Source: Chthonomonadales bacterium (GTDB taxonomy: Bacteria; Armatimonadota; Chthonomonadetes; Chthonomonadales; Chthonomonadaceae). Taken from it: DNA of 12,178 bases. A program made the translations under genes and the position numbers. This document shows positions 5,705 through 12,178 of the stretch, one piece after another; positions within the stretch are counted from its first letter, which is position 1; every line of letters begins with the position of its first letter. The DNA is taken from positions 1-12,178 of the forward strand of contig JBBQPO010000185.1 in NCBI GenBank assembly GCA_038217285.1, given 5' to 3'. The notes under the pieces are model-generated. The model did no database searches and was not told the origin of the DNA. It saw only the letters and a list, made by a program, of their open reading frames with translations.

Positions 5705-7102
5705 ATGATGCTGCCACACTCGAAATGCCTGCCCTTGCTTCCCTTACTGCTCGTCGGTGCGGCGTGGGGAACGCCCCTTCCTGCGGGCGCGCAATCGAAT
5801 TCGACACACGTCGTCCGCCCGGTTCCTCCGAAGAAATCGACGGTACAGGTCGGGCGAAAGGGCCGGGAAACCGAAGTCATCGACGGCGCATGGCAGTTTC
5901 TGACAGATCCGCAAAACACCGGAGAACAGGAGAGCTGGCAGAAGACGCCGCCCTCCGCCACGAAGGAGATCGTGGTTCCTGCGCTATGGACCACGCAAGC
6001 GGCCCCCTCCTACACCGGCGCCGCATGGTACTGGCGAGAGTTCGAGCCGTCGGAAAAATGGAAAAAGCAGACGGTTCGCCTGCGATTTGAAGCCGTCGCC
6101 GAAAAGGCGACGGTCTGGATCAACGGCGACAAGCTGGGCGAACACGAGGGCGGAGCCACGCCTTTCGAGTTCAACGTGACCAAGAAACTGCATTTCGGAG
6201 CGAAGAACCTCGTCGCGTTGCGCGTAGAGGGCGAAGCGAAGCGCGGCGCGGGCATCTGGCAGGGTGTTCTATTACTCGCGCACGATGAGGCCTATATCTC
6301 CGAGGTTGCTCTGACCGCCGGTGGCCTCGGTCAGATAATGACGGGAATCACCTTTGAGAACACGTCCGACAACTCCGGGGTCGCCACACTGGATGGCCGG
6401 GTCATCGCGCTCAGCAAACCCGACAAGGACATCCACCGTTCCGAACAGAGTCTCTCCCTGACACCGGGCCGCAATCTCACCACCTTGTTTGCCTCGGTAA
6501 AGGGCAAAAATCTACATACGTGGACGCTCGACACGCCGAACCTGTACGCCCTGCAGCTCGCCTTCCGCCAGGGTATCGACATCCTGGACACGCAGCAAAC
6601 GGCCTTCGGCTTTCGGGAGTTCGGTTGGAAAGAGGGCGGGATCACGCTGAACGGCCTGCCGTTCAAACTGGTCAGTGTCGAGCCGTCCTTCCCGCTACCG
6701 GTCGTTGTCGCCTCCACCGAAGATACCGACCGCGCCCGCGCCTCTTTTCAGCGTCTAAAAGCCGCAGGAGTCTCCGTTCTCTTCCTCGATGCCCCGCACC
6801 CGGAACTCCTGCGTATCGCCGACGAGGTGGGGATTCTGATCGTCGAATCGGCGAGACCAGGCCTAGATGCCCACACTGCTTTCGACGAACTGCAGGCGCT
6901 GATTCTCCGGGATCGGTCCCATCCCTGCCTGCTCGCCTGGCGACTCCGGGAAGCCAACGTGATCCAGATTTCACAGATCGCAACCAGCGACCTCTCGCGG
7001 TTCGTGCTGATCGGTGCCTCCTCGTCGGCGAAGCTCTTCCTCCCTGGCCAAACAAGCGGGGAGCCGAAATCCGCTCCGCCCGGACTTCTGCCCACCCCGT
7101 AG
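5705..7102 (+). CDS. Secreted glycoside hydrolase family 2-like protein (sugar-binding domain, Ig-like domain, truncated/degenerate TIM barrel), 465 aa
   Basis: Signal-peptide-like N-terminus (LLPLLLVGAAWG...AGA-Q). GH2 N-domain motifs IDGAWQF, VPALW, YTGAAWYWREF, LRFEAV...VWING..LGEHEGGATPFEF, AGIWQGV. Ig-domain WTLDTPNLY and FGFREF, then LNGLPF, ADEVGILI and RDRSHPCLLAW. GGAAAGG SD upstream. Confidence 0.85.
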   Translation: MMLPHSKCLPLLPLLLVGAAWGTPLPAGAQSNSTHVVRPVPPKKSTVQVGRKGRETEVIDGAWQFLTDPQNTGEQESWQKTPPSATKEIVVPALWTTQAAPSYTGAAWYWREFEPSEKWKKQTVRLRFEAVAEKATVWINGDKLGEHEGGATPFEFNVTKKLHFGAKNLVALRVEGEAKRGAGIWQGVLLLAHDEAYISEVALTAGGLGQIMTGITFENTSDNSGVATLDGRVIALSKPDKDIHRSEQSLSLTPGRNLTTLFASVKGKNLHTWTLDTPNLYALQLAFRQGIDILDTQQTAFGFREFGWKEGGITLNGLPFKLVSVEPSFPLPVVVASTEDTDRARASFQRLKAAGVSVLFLDAPHPELLRIADEVGILIVESARPGLDAHTAFDELQALILRDRSHPCLLAWRLREANVIQISQIATSDLSRFVLIGASSSAKLFLPGQTSGEPKSAPPGLLPTP

Positions 7103-7114
7103 TCGAACCGGTGT

Positions 7115-8104
7115 TCAGTCCGCTGGCACAATGTAGAAACCTTTGTCCAGGAAGAGACTCAGACGTTTGCTGTCGGGCGACCACTGCACCCCTGCCGCCT
7201 CTTTTATATTCTCGAAGCCAATCCGACGCAGCCCCGAGCCGTCCGTGCGACTCACCCAGAGAGAGATATTGGAGGAGTTACTGCGAACAGGCATTATGCG
7301 GGAGAGAAGGCGACGAATAAACGACGACGGTTCCTCCTGTACCAGGTAGGCGACCCGACGCCCGTCGGGAGAACCTTCCACCTCGGAGACCACGGTATGA
7401 TCCGGGAGAGCCACCATGTGCTTCTGCGGCGTCTTCAGATTGCCCTCGAGGTCGTATTCCCACAGTTCCACGTGCGCTTCATTGCGGGCGTTCAAGACAT
7501 GCGAGTTCCAGGTGGTTCCTATCGGCCAGATAAACGAGTCCGAAATCTCCGCAGTCTTCCTGTCCGGTCCATCCAGGGCATGAATGATGGGCTGTATCGA
7601 TTTACCGGTGTCGGACTGGGCGAACTCCACCCAGTGCCTGCTGTCCGGCATCCAGAGCGCATAGAGCAGGCTGTTTCGGGTTGCTTTCCATCGAATGACT
7701 CTCCGGACGCTCGTCTCGACCGCTGTGAAACCCTTCGAACCCCGCTGCCAGACGAGCAGCCATTTTCCATCGGGAGAAGGCCGTGGCGCCTCAATGGACT
7801 GAGCCAGCGCCTGCTGTGCGTTCAACGTGACCGCAGATGTCGCCAGTTTGGAACGATCGTCTAGTCGCAATATCGTTCGCGAGGCAGATTCCGTAAAGAA
7901 GATCTGCGCTTCGTTCGTCTCCCAGTAGTAGCCGTCGTAAGAGCGCACCCAGGTCGACGCATCGGCTGTATAAGTTCCGATGACCGAGAGATGATTGCGT
8001 GAGGTGAGAAAGAGAGGAATCAGAGACAGGCAGCCCAGGAGTATCAGGGCTGCGAAGCAGGAGCATGGCAGAGCCCAACGGCTCCGGGCGCGTGCGTGGT
8101 CCAT
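7115..8104 (-). CDS. Membrane-anchored TolB/PD40 (WD40-like) beta-propeller protein, 329 aa from ATG 8104
   Basis: GGGGAG SD precedes ATG 8104, 25 bp after the smc stop. N-terminal hydrophobic segment FAALILLGCLSLIPLFL. Repeated blade motifs PSPDGKWL, WMPDSRHW, GSPDGRRVAY, LWVSRTDGSGLRRI and WSPDSKRL. Confidence 0.8.
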   Translation of the reverse strand: MDHARARSRWALPCSCFAALILLGCLSLIPLFLTSRNHLSVIGTYTADASTWVRSYDGYYWETNEAQIFFTESASRTILRLDDRSKLATSAVTLNAQQALAQSIEAPRPSPDGKWLLVWQRGSKGFTAVETSVRRVIRWKATRNSLLYALWMPDSRHWVEFAQSDTGKSIQPIIHALDGPDRKTAEISDSFIWPIGTTWNSHVLNARNEAHVELWEYDLEGNLKTPQKHMVALPDHTVVSEVEGSPDGRRVAYLVQEEPSSFIRRLLSRIMPVRSNSSNISLWVSRTDGSGLRRIGFENIKEAAGVQWSPDSKRLSLFLDKGFYIVPAD

Positions 8105-8129
8105 AGCGAGTTCTCCCCTAACAGGACCT

Positions 8130-11100
8130 TCAGGTGGCAAGCACAACTTCCTTTTCCGGTTCGGTGATCGTGGCTTGCTGCGGAACGCGGTAGGAGAGAA
8201 TACTGCTGATACCCGGCTCCCGCATCGTGACCCCGTACCAGGTCGGGGCCGCTTCCATAGTGGTCGGGTTGTGCGTGATGAGCAGAAACTGACTGCGCTG
8301 ACTGAACTCGGCGACCAGACGCGTGAACTTCTCGACGTTTGCGCCATCGAGCGGCGCATCGACCTCGTCCAGTAAGACGAACGGGCTTGGCTTGACGGCC
8401 AGGAAGGCGAAGAGCAGCGCGGTTGCGGTGAGGGCGCGTTCGCCGCCGGAGAGCAGCGAGAGATGCTGGGGCTTCTTGCCCGGCGGTTGCGCGATCACTT
8501 CAATACCGGTTTCCAGAATATCCTCCGGATCGGTCAGCACCAGTTGGGTCGTTCCTCCATCGAACAGTTGGGTGAAGAGACGATCAAACTCCGTTTTCAC
8601 CGCTTCAAAGGTCTCCATGAAGACGCCGCGCGTACTATCGTCGATCTCGGCGATAGTCGCCAACAGCGATTCCCGGCCTTTGTCCAGATCGGCGCGCTGC
8701 GTCGTCAGGAACTCTAATCGCTCCGTCAGCCGATCATACTCGCTTACCGCGCCGGTATTCACCTGCCCCATGCCGCGCAGTTCGCGCCGTAGCCTGCCCA
8801 CCTCCATCGCGGTGTTGCGATCAATGGTGGTGTTTTCCGGGCGAGCCAGCGCCTCCTCCTTGCTGATGCTATATTCGTCACGCAGGCGCTCGGTCGCCTG
8901 CGTGATCTGCACTTCCAACCGGGCAAGACGCAGCTCGGTTTCGTGCAGATTGCGTGTGACCTCGCCGCGTCGCCGCACGACCTCTTTGATGGCGTTGTTG
9001 GTTTCGAAGTTCTGCGCCAGCATCGTCTGCCGACGGTCTCTCCACTGCGCATACTCGAGTTCCGCCGCCGCCAGATGAAGATTCGCGTCGGTACGCAGCA
9101 GGGTCAGACGCTGCAGTTCCGCCGCAGCATCCTCACCCGAGACGTGCGCCTGTTCACGCTGCCTGTTCTTCTGTTCGATCTGCTGCTCCACAGCCTGCAG
9201 GGAGGCGATGTCCGCACTGAGGCTGCGGGTCAGACCCTCGCGTTTCTCTTTCAGACGGCTGACCTCGACCTCCAGCGCGATGGCCCGGAGCCGGCAGGCG
9301 TCCCGACGGCTGACGAGGGAGCGCGTCTGCTCGGTAAGGGTCGCCAGCAAATCGTCGGCCGAGTCCTCTTCGACGCGATCCGTTTCCAGCGTCTGCGTGA
9401 GTTTCCCAACCTCGCCCGTAAGGTTCTGCCGCTGCGTTCCGACGGCGTCTCGACTGGCCTCTCGTTCGGCCTGCTCGCGCGTCAGGCGGAGCCTCTCCCG
9501 CTCCGCCGCCGACCGGGCGCTCTCCGTCGCGGCAAGTTCGGCCTGCGCCGTCGCCTCCGATTGTACGACCTGCCTCCGTTCGATTTCCAGCTCCTGCAAC
9601 GCCCGTCCCACCTGATCCATCTGCGCAGTGAGGCGGTCTACTTCGGCCTTCGTTTTCGGCAGGGCGGATTTCAGATCGTCCATTTCGCCCTTGCGCCCCA
9701 CCAGATGCGCGCCTTTACCCTGCAGTGATCCTCCGGTTAATGCGCCGCCTGGAGTCAGCAGTTCACCCTCCAGGGTGACGATTTTGCTCCAGCCGCTGCC
9801 GACGCGTCGGGAAGCCGCGATGGCCGCCTCCATGTCCGCGACGACCAGTACCCGTCCGAGCAGCATCTGCGCGACGGGGGAGTATTCTACCGAGAACTGC
9901 ACCAGATCCATGGCATTCTGGACCACAGCGGTTTCGCCTCGTCCGTACGACGGCTCAAACTTATTGCCGGAGCGTAGCAGCGGCAGGGGCAGAAAAGTCG
10001 CTCTGCCGGCGCGGTTCTGTTTCAGCCACTGGATGCCGGCTTTCGCCTCGGCTTCCGTTTGCGTCACGATGTCCTGCAGACTGCCTCCGAGCGCAACCTC
10101 GATAGCGATGCGATAGGGTTCGGGAACCTGCAGCAGATCGACGACAGCGCGGAAATGTCCGTGCAACTGTCCCCGATTTTCGGCGTTCAACACTGCTCGA
10201 ACGCCCTGATAGAAGCCTTCGTGGTTCTCTTGAAGCTCGGTCAGGGTCGAGTGCCGCGCCGACTGTTCCGCGTGCGTTCTGCGCGCCGAATCAAGGGCCG
10301 TTCGCCCGGCAGCCTGCTGGGCCTGCGCCGTCTGCTGTCGTGCTTCGACCTGGGCGCGTTGGGCTGCCAGTTCGTCCCGCTGCTGCGTTAGTTCCTCGTG
10401 AAGGGTGTGGGCCTGATCCTCACGAGCCTGGACCTCGCGCAGTGTCTCCGCAAGCGCCTGTGCGTCGCGCTCCATCCGCTCCGACCGCGCTGCCAACTCT
10501 GCCAGGCGGTCCTGGGCGGCCTTAAGCGCCGCTTCGCGCGCCGCCCGTTCCTGTAGGCGGCGTGTGCGTTCGCCCTGCCGGTGGTCGGCCTGTCGCACGG
10601 CCTGGTGAACTGCTGTTTCCAGCTCCGCCAGAGTCGCCTTCTGCGCGCCCCACTCTTCCTGATGGGCGCGCTCCTCTGCATCGACATCCTCGCGGTCTTG
10701 CCTGTCGAGGGCGATACTGTCGGTGAGGCGGGCGACGCGATCCGTCAGTTCCCGAAGTTCGACCGCAAACTGCTCCTGGTTTTTTGCCGAAGTCTGACTG
10801 CGCTCCGTCATCAGCACAAGTTGGCTCTCGGTGCGCTCCACCATGGTCAGGGCGTTCTGCCGCGTGATCTGCGCGGCATCCATATCGCCTTCGGTTCGCG
10901 CCAGATTCTCCCCGACCTCCGCTGAAGCGCGTTCGAGGCGGGCGAGTTCGGCGTCGGACTTGAGCAGATTGGTCTGGTCGTTGTCCCGTTCCGTTCTGCC
11001 AGAATACAGTTCGTAGTCGGCCTTCTGGACCTCCGCGACGAGCAGACCAACCTCTATCTCGTGCAGACGTTCCTGCAGCAGTATAAAGCGCCGGGCCGTC

Positions 11101-11729
11101 TGCGCTTGCTTCTCCATCGGCTCGCGCTGCGCGTCCAGTTCGTGCAGAATATCGCGGACGCGATTTAAATTGGTTTCAGCGCTCTCCAGCTTGCGCATCG
11201 CCTCGCGCTTCTTGACACGATATTTTTTGATCCCCGCAGCCTCTTCGAACAGTTCGCGCCGGTCCTCGGGCCTCGCCGACAGCACCGCATCGATCTCGCT
11301 CTGGCTGACGAAGGCGTAAGCTCCTTTGCCGACTCCTGTGTCCAGAAACAGCTCGACAATGTCCTTAAGCCGACAGGGCGCGCCGTTCAGCATATACTGG
11401 CTCTCGCCCGAACGGTAGATCCGCCGTGTGACGGTCACCTCCGCGAACTGAATCGGGAGGGTGCCGTCGGAGTTGTCGATGGTCAGGCGCACCTCGGCCA
11501 TGCCGAGCGGTTTGCGCTTGTCGCTTCCGGCGAAAATGACATCGATCGTCGAATTTCCGCGCATCAGACGCGGGTTCTGTTCGCCCAGAACCCACAACAG
11601 GGCGTCCACGATGTTCGACTTACCAGACCCATTCGGCCCGACGATAGCGGTAAGACCGCTATCTATAAAGATTTCGGTCTTATCGGCGAATGTTTTGAAT
11701 CCAAGGAGTTGAAGCTTCTTGAGTTGCAC
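8130..11729 (-). CDS. smc: Chromosome segregation protein SMC, 1199 aa from GTG 11729
   Basis: Start (V)QLKKLQLLGFKTFAD, Walker A GPNGSGKSN, Q-loop VSQSEID, long coiled coils, hinge GRATFLPL and GELLTPGGALTGG, signature LSGGE, Walker B/D-loop LLDEVDAPLD and H-loop ITH. AAGGGG SD upstream of the GTG. Confidence 0.97.
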   Translation of the reverse strand: MQLKKLQLLGFKTFADKTEIFIDSGLTAIVGPNGSGKSNIVDALLWVLGEQNPRLMRGNSTIDVIFAGSDKRKPLGMAEVRLTIDNSDGTLPIQFAEVTVTRRIYRSGESQYMLNGAPCRLKDIVELFLDTGVGKGAYAFVSQSEIDAVLSARPEDRRELFEEAAGIKKYRVKKREAMRKLESAETNLNRVRDILHELDAQREPMEKQAQTARRFILLQERLHEIEVGLLVAEVQKADYELYSGRTERDNDQTNLLKSDAELARLERASAEVGENLARTEGDMDAAQITRQNALTMVERTESQLVLMTERSQTSAKNQEQFAVELRELTDRVARLTDSIALDRQDREDVDAEERAHQEEWGAQKATLAELETAVHQAVRQADHRQGERTRRLQERAAREAALKAAQDRLAELAARSERMERDAQALAETLREVQAREDQAHTLHEELTQQRDELAAQRAQVEARQQTAQAQQAAGRTALDSARRTHAEQSARHSTLTELQENHEGFYQGVRAVLNAENRGQLHGHFRAVVDLLQVPEPYRIAIEVALGGSLQDIVTQTEAEAKAGIQWLKQNRAGRATFLPLPLLRSGNKFEPSYGRGETAVVQNAMDLVQFSVEYSPVAQMLLGRVLVVADMEAAIAASRRVGSGWSKIVTLEGELLTPGGALTGGSLQGKGAHLVGRKGEMDDLKSALPKTKAEVDRLTAQMDQVGRALQELEIERRQVVQSEATAQAELAATESARSAAERERLRLTREQAEREASRDAVGTQRQNLTGEVGKLTQTLETDRVEEDSADDLLATLTEQTRSLVSRRDACRLRAIALEVEVSRLKEKREGLTRSLSADIASLQAVEQQIEQKNRQREQAHVSGEDAAAELQRLTLLRTDANLHLAAAELEYAQWRDRRQTMLAQNFETNNAIKEVVRRRGEVTRNLHETELRLARLEVQITQATERLRDEYSISKEEALARPENTTIDRNTAMEVGRLRRELRGMGQVNTGAVSEYDRLTERLEFLTTQRADLDKGRESLLATIAEIDDSTRGVFMETFEAVKTEFDRLFTQLFDGGTTQLVLTDPEDILETGIEVIAQPPGKKPQHLSLLSGGERALTATALLFAFLAVKPSPFVLLDEVDAPLDGANVEKFTRLVAEFSQRSQFLLITHNPTTMEAAPTWYGVTMREPGISSILSYRVPQQATITEPEKEVVLAT

Positions 11730-11746
11730 GCGCGGCGTACCCCTTG

Positions 11747-12178
11747 CTATTTCTTGCGATTTTTCAGTGCAGCGGCGAGTGTCGGTTGCAAACGGTCGCC
11801 GCGCAGGTCGGCCCCGATGGCGAGAATCTGACCGGTGTCGCCGTCCACCAGGATGGGAGTCGGGGTGTGCTGGACATAGTAGAGCCGCGCCAGTTCGGCC
11901 TGCATCCAGTTGCCGTCGTAGATCTCCGGCCACGGCATTCCCACGCGATGGGTGTAGGCGGCCAGGTCGGCGGCGGCATTGGCATGGTCGAGGCTGATCC
12001 CAATCATATCGAGGCCATGCGCATGCTCGGCGCTGTACGCCTTCACGACGCCTGGCATCTCCCGTGAACAGACGCCGCACCAGGTCGCCCAGAAGTAGAG
12101 CAGGACGAATTTGCCCTTGTACGCGCCAGGGAAATGGATCGTCGCGCCGTCTACCGCCTTTGTGTCGAAGGAGGGCGC
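11747..12178 (-). CDS. TlpA/ResA-family thioredoxin-like disulfide reductase, partial; 5' end lies beyond the window
   Basis: The frame is open from 12178: APSFDTKAVDGATIHFPGAYKGKFVLLYFWATWCGVCSREMPG...IGISLD...MPWPEIYDG...TPTPILVD. FWATWCxxC is the TlpA signature (CGVC at 12079-12068). The ORF-track start at 12058 is internal. Confidence 0.92.
   Translation of the reverse strand, partial: APSFDTKAVDGATIHFPGAYKGKFVLLYFWATWCGVCSREMPGVVKAYSAEHAHGLDMIGISLDHANAAADLAAYTHRVGMPWPEIYDGNWMQAELARLYYVQHTPTPILVDGDTGQILAIGADLRGDRLQPTLAAALKNRKK

Noticed and set aside
8105..8359. N-terminal extension of the beta-propeller ORF overlapping the smc 3' end
   Set aside because: It overlaps the conserved SMC Walker B/H-loop region in another frame. 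ATG 8104 has a good SD and places the TM segment near the N-terminus.
8130..11729. SMC-like defence or repair ATPase (Wadjet JetC/MksB, SbcC, RecN)
   Set aside because: It has a canonical SMC hinge, length and head motifs, and no jetABD/mksEFG or sbcD partner is adjacent. This is the housekeeping condensin.
12068..12079. CGVC active site as an unusual thioredoxin variant
   Set aside because: The CxxC dipeptide varies widely in TlpA-family proteins, so this alone is not notable.
8130..12080. 1316-aa SMC with a 117-aa N-terminal extension (ORF-track call)
   Set aside because: The extension is Arg/Pro-rich shadow translation overlapping the TlpA gene in another frame. The canonical SMC N-terminus begins at GTG 11729 with its own SD.

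Overview
GC-rich bacterial chromosomal window made mostly of housekeeping and sugar-metabolism genes. I found no mobile element, CRISPR array, rRNA or tRNA. Left end (minus strand): a Gfo/Idh/MocA oxidoreductase followed by a BadF/BadG/BcrA/BcrD-family (GlcNAc-kinase-like) gene cut by the window edge. Plus strand: two uncharacterised single-pass membrane proteins that appear to share an NTF2-like/DUF4878-type domain (the second has an N-terminal zinc ribbon and Pro-rich linker), a 447-bp intergenic region, the yggS-sepF-proC cluster with a good sigma70-type promoter and terminator, and a secreted GH2-like protein with a degenerate, truncated catalytic barrel. Right end (minus strand): a partial TlpA-family thioredoxin, smc and a membrane-anchored TolB/PD40-like beta-propeller. 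The least explained element is a symmetric, ~150-190 nt rod-like fold in the 3024-3470 gap whose G-U wobbles favour the minus strand (candidate ncRNA, 6S-like in size and shape only). Next are the tandem NTF2-like membrane pair and the probable pseudo-glycosidase. All structures and family calls were made by eye; none shows a new system without further checks.
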